A stretch of 64,000 nucleotides of DNA, from the NCBI RefSeq assembly GCF_964355755.1, contig NC_092677.1, forward strand, positions 14,034,101-14,098,100, read 5' to 3'. The position numbers and the translations under genes are program-made. This document shows, in pieces, positions 1 through 13,663 of the stretch. The notes under the pieces were generated by a model. That model was given only the letters and a program-made list of their open reading frames with translations. It was not told where the DNA came from and searched no databases. The first letter of the stretch is position 1; the number at the start of each line of letters is the position of its first letter. The DNA comes from Antedon mediterranea (lineage: Eukaryota; Animalia; Echinodermata).

Positions 1-198
1 TGACTGTCAACAATTCTGAGAGATATTTTGGAGCGCAACTATTTAGGCATCGGAACACCCGCAGCAGGATCTTAAATTTAACACGTGACTCCATGGGTAG
101 CCAATTTAACTCTTTGAACAATGGTGTGACGTGATCATACTTCTTGGCACACATCACCAAGCGAGCTGCCCAATTTTGCACCTTCTGGAGAGTCCGCA
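1..198 (-). mobile_element. Non-LTR retrotransposon (L2/CR1-group) ORF2 C-terminal fragment
   Basis: Minus strand reads LRTLQKVQNWAARLVMCAKKYDHVTPLFKELNWLPMESRVKFKILLRVFRCLNSCAPKYLSELL, the typical LQxxQNxAAR...H(I/V)TPxLxxLxWLP motif after the RT domain. Confidence 0.8.
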
Positions 199-1848
199 AC
201 AATAATTTTTCATACTGTAATGATTGCTTGCAATAACATTTGTCGTATTGTAATGATTTATTATTATTAAAGTTTTTTGTTTTTTTTCGCTTAAACATAT
301 ACAACAATGAACTATTACAATACATATTATTAAATTATTCTAGACTATGAATAATTGGTTAACAACATATAAATTAAAGGAAACACGATTGATTATATTA
401 TATCACCTCAAGGGTTCTGTTGTCATTGTGAAATGTCTGAGGAATTCCTTGTCATTTATTATTATACAAAATAATTTTACTACAACATTTATTAATAGTT
501 GATGTAAGTTTCCCAATGATTTTATTTAACTACTTTCAGAGTGATGTTACATGGGAAATTTTGTTCATTTTAGAATTGGAATTAAATTATGATTACCTAA
601 TACAATATGCATTCAATTAGAGGACATTATATATTAGGAACAATTTGGTGAAATTGAAAATTAGGTTTTAATTAAAACCAATAAGTTTGACAAAAACAGA
701 GGAAATACTTAGATACAACTCACTACAACTGTCACGCAATATTTTGGGCCTATGTTCAATTCTATTGTTACAATAGTTTCTTGTAAGCATTTTGGGGCCA
801 TTTTCCTACATTTTAAAAGCACATAAATGCTAGACATTTTTAATCTTTGAAATTACTAGCTATACCTTATATCCTAACTTTCCCTACCCCACTTTTCTCA
901 TTTGAAACAGAATCTGAAAAAGAAGTATTGTTTATTTTCTGCATTTTAGATTAGTATTTAAAGTGAAAGAAAACTCTGATCCCCTTTATAGATAAAAGTC
1001 AATAGGTAAGAAATTGAATGACCAAATTAGCTATTTGTCAACAAAATTAATTACACAATTAACAAACTGACCTAATAAACTTTTAAATTAATACTCAAGA
1101 GAGTCCCCAATGATGATGCCTCTTGTAATACACTCAATTTAATCTTTGTGTTAATCAGAATAGGTAAATTGTTATTCTGACACTTTTCCTTTCATATCGT
1201 TATAAACCATAGTATTGAAATACAGTTTTAAAACAGAGCAATTATGTAATTGTTAATGTGATTAAAATAATACTGTAACTTTATTAAATTTTCTTTAAAC
1301 AAAATGAAAGTGTACAGCTGGGTTTCTATTTGACTTTTACTGGTTATAATTCCATCTGAGTGTTTAACTTTTGGAACTTCCCCTAAAATCTTGTGGTCAA
1401 GAATATGCTGTAAAATCTTAACCTTTATCCTTGTAGGTATCAAGCACAACATTTGCAATACTGTATATTACAGGATATGTTGTTGCAAAATTCAAATTAA
1501 CAAATAAGTATGCATTTTTTGATACAGAAAGTTTTGTAGGACCTAATTGTCTATTTCGTGCCTAGCATACCTGGATAAACCGACAATAGCCTGTGCTCTT
1601 CAGAGGGAGGACTTAGATACGAAAAATAAAAACTTCCTATAGAGAACCCCCTTTACCATAATATACTAGTATGCAACCACAGCCTCATGTGGAAAAGTTC
1701 CGACATCCTCACCATGACGTATAATACAAGCGTGATATGTCTTCATTCGAAAAGAAGCCCATACTACTAACTTGAAAAGAAGCCCAGTGGATTTCGTTGA
1801 ATTGATATACAGTACATTATTACTCAAAGTTTATAGTAAAACACTTAC

Positions 1849-4800
1849 CATATTTTTTGATTATTCAGATGTGTATATAGGTAGCTTTGGTGGGTGGTAT
1901 CATCATTGCATGGAATACCTGGAAACAGAAAAATAATAAATAAATGGCTATATAAATTGAACGATTGATTGATTATCATTTAAAGTAATAAGGAATGGAT
2001 GCAATTCCCTATGTTTCAAATTAATATATAAAAGAAATTTTTTTTAAACACACACACACAAACTGAATCAACTGCTTATTTTATTATTTTGTGAGAAATG
2101 GGTGGGTGGAATCTATGAACGGACTCAAACATGAGTTTATCAATTTGGACACTCGCAGTAACAAAAATGAACCAACCCAACACCTTCTAAAATGAAAAAT
2201 AGATTTCAAATTTTGGGGCCTCATGATTTGTTTTAAACTATTAAAATAGCTTCATATTCAGTAAGAAATTATAAAAAGGAGGTTTGCAACTGTGCTTTTT
2301 AACAACCATTCTCATTGGCACATCATAATAGGTATTAGTATTAAGCTTATAAAGCCAAATCCTGGATATGAAATAAATGATTATTATTCTAAAGCCCTCC
2401 CTCTGGAGAGCATGGGTTATTGTCGGTTTATACAGGTAAGCTAGCACTCATAGACTACTAACACCACTACTGGTTTGTGTAATTCAGCCTATTATTACAG
2501 TACCTTCTTGTTCATGATAGAAAGTGAAGCACATATTCATGAGGTGCTTGGCTGGAGAGAAATCATCAGATTCTTTACACCTGAAAAGAATTAGTTCACA
2601 AAAAAACAAACTACATAATAAATTATCTCAGCATAAACAATTACTTGCTAAAGTAGTATTTGTTAGTTGTGTATTTATACATACCCTGGTACTTATCATA
2701 AAAATGAACAAAAGGTCAATAATATTCTAAACAAATCACATTATGTTTATAGAGGACACACTACTCCTTTTGAAGCATGTAAATACTGAGCTATTTATGG
2801 AGTGAATTTAAGATATATTATATGTACGTTTAAGTAACTCATAATCAAGAGTCAGGTGTAGGCCTAGCCGTAAGGTAATCTGAAATATAAATATGCAGTT
2901 CAAAGTAGATTTTTTTTTCAAAACAGTTAAAAAATACCACTACTTCCAGCAGACAGGGTTTGCACAAGTTCATGCTGTAATTAGAATTGTTGCCTTACAA
3001 TGTTTATACTTCAAACACCATCTACACTTGTTCAATTGTCAGTGGCAGATACATTATTTTGAAATAAGGCACGGTATAAGGTGGAGACTGGTGATAGGGG
3101 CTAAAACTGATTAAATAAAGTCCTGAGCTTAATTTGAAGTCTTGTCTTTTGCATTAAAATTTGTTTTGACCAATTGGGGGTGGCACATATATGATTTCAG
3201 TTTGATGCTACTGTAATGATGCTAATAGTAATACACATTTTTTCTTTCTTTAGTGGAGACTTGCATTGAATATGCCTGTGGTAATCTGCGCCAGTTTGGC
3301 TGTTATGTCACGTACGGCGCTCCATATGAGCCCCCTCGTGTGGTTGTTTTACATACGAATGTTTACTGTTTGCTTTGTTAATAAAGTTACATTATTGTTA
3401 TACCTCAAGTATCGGTTATTCAGTTGTATTATCTGTGTGAGTATTGTCTATATTATTACCAAGTTGGCGTGGTGGCAGCGTCGGGAGACGAAAATCCTAC
3501 GCAACACATTTTACTGCCCACAAGAATATCGACTTACCGTCTACACAGGAGGCAGACCTAGGCCTAGCCCTATAACTATAGTACTTATACTGCCGTTATC
3601 GCACATCCACAGGCGAGCAACTGACCGGCGCATACTGCAGTCGCTGTAATTCTCCGTTCGTCAATAGAGGAATAACGTTTCATTCAGTACACTTTGTATA
3701 AACACCACAACAATGGCTGCATCCAATCGTGCCCCAAGCAATGGTGCTTAGGTAAAAACGAAACAATAAACACATTTGAGAATTGGCGTCAAAACCTCAT
3801 GTACACGTTAACATTAGACACTAAATTCGCCAATTTCCTGGTGGAAGGTTTCTCGTGGGGCAAGAAAACCAGAGCTTCCCCACTCCGAGGGTTCACTGAT
3901 GACAATGGTTTTGAAGACAACGTAGCTAATGCTTTATCTGCACAACAGAAAGTAACCATGTTGGAACTAATGTTAGGTCAAATTGCTAACTATTGCCCTG
4001 TAATCTCAAGAAACACTATCGTAAAATCATCCACATCACTACCTTGCATCTGGCAATGCATACGATTACATTACGGGTTCCAATCTAGTGGGGCTCATTT
4101 CTTAGAGTTTGCTAACATTAGTCTGGGCCCAGATGAACGCCCAGAGGATCTATACCAACGTTTGCTAGCTTTCATTGATGACAATCTTCTTCAAGCAGAC
4201 AGTGTTATAACTCACCACAATCAACCTATTACGGAAGACGAAGAACTCACCCCTTCACTTGAAAACCTACTCACACTGACATGGCTACGCTTAGTTCACC
4301 CTTCACTTCCCCAACTCGTCAAACAGAGGTATGGCACAGAGCTTCGCTCACGTACACTGGCGTCCATCAAGCCTGAAATTTCACAAGCTATGACTTCCCT
4401 ATTAGAAGAAATCAAAACTTCCGATGACACAAGAGTCATGCGTTCAGCGATTTTACCGTTTCAAAGACCAGCTTCTCTTCCTTCTCAACCACCGCGTTCC
4501 CGCTACCCACCTAAGACATTCAATACTCAGACATACAATAACAAACCAAATAAATGCTGCCCATTTTGTAAACAAGGTGGACGACCAGACCGCCACTTTC
4601 TCAGTGAGTGCAAGTTCCTTCCGGAACGCGACCGCCGCTACATGGCACGTGCCCGGGCCGCAAACATCTTCGACGATGACGACAGTTACTGCTATGAACA
4701 GGATTCCACCCGTGTCGAGGATCCCAACGACCCACCATCTGGTTCATCCTCAGCTCTTCGAATACAGGTACGTCAGTCGCCATATCTCGAAGCCTTTCAC

Positions 4801-7800
4801 GGCTATAATACCGTACATATTACTATAGACAGCGGTGCTACTGGCAACATGATCCGTGAATCAACTGCACGTTTACTTGGCGTTCAGATTAAGCCCAGTA
4901 GTCAATCAGCACACCAAGCCGATGGATCTTCGCAGTTACAGGTTATGGGCGAGACAAACGTCACCTTTACACGTGACAATAAAGACTTGACTTTCAATGG
5001 CCTCGTCGTTAAGGACCTCGACGTTGAGCTACTCGCTGGTACACCGTTTATGGAACAGAATGATATTTCTATCCGCCCCGCTAAGCGTCAAGTAGTTATG
5101 GCCGATGGCACAACATACATCTATGGCTCCTTGCCTACCACTTTGTCCGAATGCCACTCGATCAGACGCGCTCATGTTCTCCGTGCTCCCTCAACACGCA
5201 CTGTGATATGGCCAGGTAGTTACATTGAACTTTCACTCCCAAATGACCTCACCGACATAGACACTGTTGCTATTGAACCTCGCGTTGATGCACCAATCTC
5301 GAAAACATCTTTGCCATCTCATGTTTGGCCTGAACCACGTATCATATCGTGCGTTGCCGGACGAATTCGCATTCCTAACCTGTCAGACGAACCCAAAGTG
5401 CTTTCACGCAATGAACAGTTTTGCCAAGCTAGCCCTGTGTTTACACCTAACCTACCTGACACTTCATCATCCCCGATTAAACCACCAAAGCTTAGCACTA
5501 CAACAGTTCACACTTGCTTCTCTGATAGCATTAAGCTGGATCCGGATAGCATTCTACCTCGCAACATACTCGAACAATTTACTAGCCTCCACAAGGAGTA
5601 TGATGACATTTTCAACCCTTCCTTTAAAGGTTATAATGGTGCTGTAGGCCCGTTTGTTGCCACCGTAAATATGGGACCAGTCCAACCCCCACAACGCAAA
5701 GGTCGCCTTCCTCAGTATGCAAGAGACAAGCTCCTCGAACTACAACACAAGTTCGACGAACTCGAAACACTTGGAGTTTTTGCCCGTCCAGAAGATGTTG
5801 GAGTTGCTGTAGAATATCTCAATCCGTCATTCCTCGTGAAGAAACCCAACGGCGGTTCCAGATTAGTGACATCCTTTGCCGATGTCGGCAGGTACAGCAA
5901 ACCACAACCGTCACTCATGCCTGACGTCGACTCCACTCTTCTTAAAATCGGACAGTGGAAATACATTATAACAACGGATCTTACCAACGCTTTCTACCAA
6001 ATTCCACTTTCAAAACCGTCTATGAAATATTGCGGAATCGTCACTCCATTTCACGGTGTCAGGGTATATACCCGTTGCGCAATGGGCATGCCGGGGTCAG
6101 AAACCGCATTGGAAGAACTTCTAAGCAGAGTAGTGGGTGATTTTTTAGAAGAAGGTTCAGCTACAAAACTCGCTGATGATCTTTACTGCGGCGGTAATAC
6201 AGTTGAAGAGGTCTTGAACGTATGGAGAAGAATCCTTCATGCACTATCCAACTCAGGACTACATTTATCCGCTACCAAAACCGTTATCTGTCCTAAGACT
6301 ACTAACATTCTTGGGTGGATATGGAGCCAAGGGACACTCCGAGCTAGCTCTCATCGCATCTCAACATTATCTAGCTGCCCGAGACCAGTCACCGTGACCG
6401 GATTACGATCGTTCATTGGCGCATTTAAGATGCTATCTCGCGTTCTCCCGCGATGTGCACCTATTTTGTCACCTCTTGAAGCTGCTGTCGCTGGACGACA
6501 ATCCCAAGAGAAGATAGACTGGTCTGACGAATTGCTCGCTAGTTTCGCAAGTGCGCAATCTATCCTCAACTCACCACACACGATTGCCATCCCACGAGCA
6601 AGTGACCAATTGTGGATTGTAACTGATGGCGCCGTCAAGAAATATGGCATAGCTTCCACCTTGTATGTCTCCCGTGACAGCAAACCATTACTCGCTGGTT
6701 TTTATAGCGCTAAACTACGCGGACGACAAATGACCTGGTTACCATGTGAAGTCGAAGCTCTTTCAATTGCCGCATCCACAAAACACTTTAGTCCATTTAT
6801 CATACAATCCGCACATCAGGCACACATTTTGACAGACAGTAAGCCATGTGTCCAAGCCTACGAAAAGTTGTGCAGAGGTGAATTCTCTGTGAGTCCTCGG
6901 GTTTCAACCTTCTTATCCACTGTTAGCCGCTATCACGCATCTGTTCACCACCTCGCAGGTTCCGCAAATATGCCGTCCGACTTCGGGAGCAGGAACGCAC
7001 AACCTTGTGACGCTCCTTCTTGCCAAATCTGCTCTTTTGTCCAACAAACCGAAGACTCTGTTGTTTTCCAAGTGAACATTAAAGACGTTATATCTGGCTC
7101 CACAAAGCTACCTTTCACTAGTCGTCCTGCCTGGCTGGCCATCCAGTCTGAATGTCCGGTCCTACGACGCACTCACGCTCACCTTTCTCAGGGTACTCGC
7201 CCCCACAAAAAAATCACAAACATTAAAGATGTCAAGCGCCTTCTACGATTTTCTACCATAGCCAAGGATGGTCTTTTGGTCGTTCGTAGGGATGAGCCAC
7301 TCGCACCCGTACGCGAATGTATTGTTGTTCCTCGTGATGTCCTCGGGGGCCTTCTCACAGCACTTCATCTGCGTTTTGACCACCCTTCGTGCCATCAGCT
7401 TAAAACGATCGTTCGTAGATATTTCTTCGCTCTCGACATGGATGCCTCTGTGGAGCGTATCTCAGCAAGATGTCACCACTGCGCTGCCCTTCGCTCTATT
7501 CCACATACCGTTATCCCGCAGTCCACCGGAGACCCACCCGATGCAGTTGGTACCACCTTCGCTGCTGATGTAATTAAGCGTGAACGACAACTTATTCTAG
7601 TGATGCGAGAGTGTGTAACATCATTTACAGTCGCGTGCATTATCGACAGCGAACGTCACGACAGTCTACGAGACGGTTTAATCCGCCTTTGTATTGAGCT
7701 CAGGCCTCTTGACGGCCCACACGCTGTAATTCGCACCGACCCTGCTCCTGGATTTGCTTCGTTGGTCAGCGATAAGTTGTTAGCGCACCACAGAATAATG

Positions 7801-10800
7801 ATTGAGCTAGGAAGAACCAAAAACCCAAATAAGAATCCAATCGCCGAAAAGGCCGTACGTGAAGTAGAAGACGAACTTCTTACACAAGAACCCACTGGTG
7901 GATTAGTCACCCCAACTATGCTCAAAATTACTATGGCTTGCTTAAACTCTCGACTACGCTCATGTGGTCTCTCTTCTAGGGAGATGTGGACACAACGCGA
8001 CCAGTTTACTAACGACCAAATTCCTCTGTCTGACAGTCAATTAATTATCTCACAGCACAAACGTCGTTTAGCCAATCATGCACATAGTGAAAGATCAAAG
8101 GCTCCAACGGGCCGTTTTCCAGCAAGCTCCGATATTGATGTTGGTGATCTTGTGTACGTCTTAGCCGATCGCAACAAGTCAAAGGCCCGTCATCGCTATC
8201 TCGTAACGTCGGTTGATAACACTTGGTGCAATATCCGCAAATTTATCGGTTCTCAGTTACGTAGTACGGCGTACAAAGTCAAGCGTACGGAATGCTACAA
8301 GGTTCCCTCGTCACCATCTCCTCGATCGCAACATTATTACCAAGAGGACTCGAACAGCGATGATGATTATCAAATTCCTGAGCCACCGCGTACAGAAATA
8401 CCTATTGAGCTGTCAACCCCAGCCGATCACGCTTACCAGGTTGATCCATTGCCTGCTGGTACCGACTCAGAGTTCTTAACTCCTGCTGCTTCTGATGATG
8501 TCCGCCCTCTCACCGACCTTCATAAAGTCGTTATTCCACCACCAGTGATAGAACCCAGACGATCTACTCGCAGTCATCGCTTACCCACTCATCTTAACGA
8601 TTTTGTACTTGACAAGTGATTCCTGATAAGTATTGTGGGGCAGAATAATCCCCAAGCTGGAGGGCAGTCTACCCGATGACAGCTCGTTTTTCAATTTTTT
8701 GTATATGATTCACAGTTTGTCCCGATTTGCCGTTTTTGTTGTTGACTTTGTTTTTTTTTGAGAAAAGGAAAAAAAAAAAAAAAGGTAGTCACGCCAGTTT
8801 GGCTGTTATGTCACGTACGGCGCTCCATATGAGCCCCCTCGTGTGGTTGTTTTACATACGAATGTTTACTGTTTGCTTTGTTAATAAAGTTACATTATTG
8901 TTATACCTCAAGTATCGGTTATTCAGTTGTATTATCTGTGTGAGTATTGTCTATATTATTACCAAGTTGGCGCTGGGAAGGTTTATTTGGTGTTTCACAA
9001 ATTAACTTCTAGCAAAACAAGCATCCATACAGAAAATGTTCTGTTCTGCCAGCACACAGCGGAACTGTTTAATTCTTCAATTTCAAATCTACAGTGAACT
9101 TGATAACTACCATATTTGCAATATTATTAACAATTTGACACTCATATTGCACCATATGTTCAATGCCATTATTAGCCACCTGCCATCAACACACCACAAG
9201 CTATAAGCATTTTATCTCCTAATGTTATATCTCAGGTCAATGACCTTGACAATATCTAGCAATATGCAACAGGATCTACAATTTCTACATGTCACTTCTC
9301 ACGTATGTAAATATTGTTTATAGCAGGGAGGTGTTTAGTATAAACAAAATAAATAAAATGATACAATTTTCAATAATTATAATCTATTTTATGCCTAGCT
9401 TTACCTGTATAACCCAACAGTAGCCTTATTCTATGTGAAGCTTACCAAGATGGCATGGTTTGTGTACTGTACCATTTATGTTTAATGGCAATTATCTATA
9501 CTTTGGAGGATATCTTGCTCTTTGAGGAGACTAAGACCCCATTTACACTTACGTTTGGGTCCAGGGCCGGTCCTGGGGCGGTTGCAAATATTTACCTTTT
9601 AGGCCGGCCCCAGAGCGTTTACACTAGCGACGCAGATTACTGGTCGTAAATAATGTTATTGGAAGTACCATTGCATGCTATACGAAGTACAGTTTGTTTA
9701 CATTTTTCTCTCTCAATCGTCAATTCAACTCTCCGCGCAAACCGACCGTTTTATATTTATACTGTATTGTTGTTTTTTTGTCCCATTAAAAACAAAATGA
9801 ACACCACTGTTTTATATATAATATGGCTGTATTTTATATATATGCGAAACAAGCGGAGGAATACTTTATTGAAAGATGATGTCTGAAAATAAATTTAACT
9901 ATATAAATGATGAAGAAAACAAATTGTAGCCCGAAAAGGAGGAAGGTATGTACTGAGAATGTCAGATAGTCATAACAACAACCTCATAAAAAGGTCAAAC
10001 GTTGTTCACGGTTCACTGCGTAAGCCGGCCCAAACGTAAAAGCCGCTCCTGAACCTACCTGGAGAGGTGGCCCAGATCTGCGTCCGGCCCAGGGCCGGCC
10101 TAACTTTTTGGAGTATTTACACTTATCAATTGCCGACCCAGGGCCGACCCAGGGCCGGCCTAAATCGTAAGTGTAAATGGGGTCTAAGGCTATTGTCGGT
10201 TTGTCAAGGTAATCAGAACTCATAGACTACCAACACCATTGCTGGTTTGTATAATTTCAAATTCCATTAAGCATTTTCAAATACAAAACCAAACACAAGC
10301 AATGAAATACAGTAAATAAACATCCAAGCCTGCTATAATATACAGCATGATGTATTATTTTTAATTTGTTTTGAAACTTTAGTTTATAATTTTGTGAAAT
10401 GCTTGGTTATGTGTTGTAACATTTTTATTTCCTTGCCAATTGATCAGTAGAAAACAAAAGTAATTTCTTTCATTCCATGTTTTTGTTTCAAGACTCTACT
10501 ATTTAGTTTCTATGTCTGTGGATGACAGCATTTATGACTCAATATTATTTGTCATGGCAATAAAAGTAATTTCCTTGATAATGTTGTTCATTAATTGTAC
10601 ATAATGAATTGTTAATTTCAAGGATATAAACTAGCTCTTTATTGACATTCAATTTATAATATTTAATTACAACAACCGTCTAACGTCCTGCTATTGGCAG
10701 TTAAGTGTTTGTTCAGAATTGTGGCTTTTTAAGAAAAGTAGCGTTTTTTTCAAATGGAGCTATCACATTTTTCAGTCTGAACAAGGCAACAAATTAGTGC

Positions 10801-13627
10801 AAAGATACTACCAGAGGTGGCTTAAGAGAATTGAATATAATGAAGTCTCCTGTGACCATTATTTGTGGTTTTAATTTGGTAAAGACTCATTTTGTAGTTT
10901 TGATGTCTCATGGCCTTATATTACTGTATTATTTAAAATAACAAAGAGTAGTCTAGAATTGGGATACTGGTCCGGATAGATTAATGTAATGGAGTCCTTC
11001 ATGATCATATATCCATCTGCGGTTTAAATTTGGTAAAGGTCTGTCCTTTAGTTTTGACATAGAGCCTTACTGTATATTATTAAAGAATAAAAAGTGGGCC
11101 TGAATTGGGATACTGGTCTGGATTGCTTTCAAAATTTAATGAAGTTTTCTGACAGACAAACAAACAAAAATCGGAGAAAAACATGGCTGATAGAGGTAAT
11201 AGCAGATTGTTTATATTCTAAAATATGATTTTACTAAACTTTAATTTCACATGGTAACATAATACATATTTCTCTTTGATATCTTCACAATTTAATTGTA
11301 CTGTATTAGATTGTATTTCATATGCATGATAGGTGTTATTTAAAAAAGATTGAAATGTATGCATCAGTAACTCAATAGTAGTTGAGATATGTTTTTTTTC
11401 CTAGCAGAAGCACACGCCGTTAGTACACCCTGTGTAGCTACAAGCAGGGAGAAGGTGGTTGCTCAGGTGATTGAACGCAATGAACCCTACAGTATATGCC
11501 AAGCGTACGTTAATCTGAACACATAAGTTCCTCTATTACTCTTTTGTGTTGATTACACAATCAAGTTCTGCATGAAATTTAAAGTATGTAATCCTTTACA
11601 CACTTGCTGGGATCAATCAGACAATTTTTACACAATACGCCTTTAATCACTGTAAGACTACTTGTTATTACACACACGCACACAAAAGTCTATAAAAGTC
11701 AAAGGGGTGTCATAGTACAGTACTCATATTCAGCATTGACCGTAATACAAATAAACAGGCCATAGAGCTACAGTTTTTCTGTTGAAGCATAGAGTTGTGA
11801 AACAATATTTACATTTTACAGTATAATACAACAGTAAAGGCTTTAAACTTATTTTTAACTGAAAATAACTATACAAGTTGAAATCATTTTAAACATTTCG
11901 CAACCATCAATTTGGGATAGATTGTAGCGCAATTTTTTTAACTGCTTCCTGTAAGAATGTTTGGCAGAATTAAAAGTAAAAATTCAATAATGGAGACAGT
12001 TACAGATATTACATTACATAGGAGATACGAGGGCAGCTAGAGGGTAGGAAGAGAGATCCATACCAGTCAGAAGGAGTATATAAAACATATTATGATAAAG
12101 GGGGAAACAGGAACAACAAGAAAACTCTTTTGAAATGGTATTATGCAATGGCAATTAGAGGTAAAAGGAAGAGAGCAATGCCAGTCATACTGGTGGCACA
12201 CAGGATTGCTGTCAAAAGTAACAAGAACTTTTAAGTCAAGCCAGTGAGTAAATAGTGCACACCCAGAAGTAAAAATAACATCAATACAAATCAAACTGGT
12301 TGGAGCAAATGAAAGTATCCTGATAAGTTATAGAGAGCAAATGACCCATATACAAAAGGAAATCGTCTGCATGAATATCTTCCCCTTCCTCCCACCCCAA
12401 CCAAAAAGGAAGAAAACACAAAAGACTTACTCAAATAAGCAGACAGCAAAGAATTGTACAAGTCTGTAGAACGTCTGCTCTGGTACACATTTGTTGTAGA
12501 TGCGTTTACCATCCACTAATCTTGAAAACCATTTCCTTCCTTCTGCCGTCTGAAAAATAAATTGTAGTGAAGACAGTTTTGAACTGAATAAATTATGTGT
12601 AAATCTGGTACAAATTTAATTATTATAGGATAAAAAACATTTCAAGATTATAAAAGGGTGAGGGTTTGCGGCTGTGCTCTCCATTGGATCCAATGGACAT
12701 GAAGTAATGGGGTAAATATGAGGGAGAGGCAAAGTTTAACATTCAGGATTGAATAAACCCATCACCAATGTTGTTGGAAGAGCAAAAACTGGGAACAAGA
12801 TTTACTCCAAGAAAAAGAAGTGATAACAAAATGTGTCATCAAGCGATATATACTGTATACTGTACACATTTTTCATCAAAAATTGAATTTTATTTTTTTT
12901 TTAAATTTTAATTCTTAATATGATGTAATATTAGAGATATTTTCAATTTTAAATGGATTCAAATTCAATGATACACATAATTTTTTCTTGATTTTTCTGA
13001 ATAATAAAAAAAATCACTTACCCGACAATATAGATCAAACTGTTGATTATCTACCTGTGTTATTGACCCACTGTAAAGATAAAGTTTAACAGGATACAAT
13101 TAGTTTAAGTGGACTCAAACTGTAGGTTGAGTCTGATATTATGATCCTTTCATTGATAAGTGTCTAAATGACCCTGATACCACCTTTTATTTTAAAAAAA
13201 TCTAGAAACATTATTACAACCTAGAATTCTTTGTATTTGTTTCTCTTTTTTTATTGTATGTATGTTTCATTATCAACAGTTTGTCTGAAATAAAGTTTAA
13301 TTGAATTGAATTTCACTAGTTGGTTATGTACAGTAGGCGTGGCGTCCTACATTGTGGCGTCCATTATTTGCAAATGAATGTATTATATTCATGGAATGGA
13401 GATAATTCATTCATTGGAAAATGTACCTTTTTGGTCTATTCAATTCAACTTATGAAAATATTCTCTCCAATAATTCCACTCATAAACATTTATTATTTAT
13501 ATATACTCTAAGGCTCCAAATATATTATCCTTACATTTATAGACATTTTTTTGGAATGTCAAGGCAGTGTGTTCAGAGTATTCCCCGGGAAGGAAGGCCC
13601 CTAGTTCCTTACCAAATTCCGTCTTGT

Positions 13628-13663
<36 letters not shown>

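Larger units (their letters stand above)
3289..8972 (+). mobile_element. Full-length Gypsy/Metaviridae-like LTR retrotransposon (probably Troyka-type), antisense within a KIAA0513 intron
   Basis: Two identical 181-bp LTRs, PBS, PPT, a single gag-pol frame in PR-RT-RH-IN order, and CTG on both flanks (3286-3288, 8973-8975). Confidence 0.95.

Noticed and set aside
3301-3461. Canonical TG...CA LTR boundaries (tgttat...ttacca)
   Set aside because: Identity between the two LTRs extends 12 bp left and 8 bp right of these, and the PBS starts at 3470.
3266-3649. 127-aa ORF and its near twin at 8727-9005
   Set aside because: Both are chance reading frames through the identical LTRs.
4424-8479. Short alternative-frame and antisense ORFs inside gag-pol
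   Set aside because: Shadow ORFs with no recognisable motifs; no env-like ORF is present.
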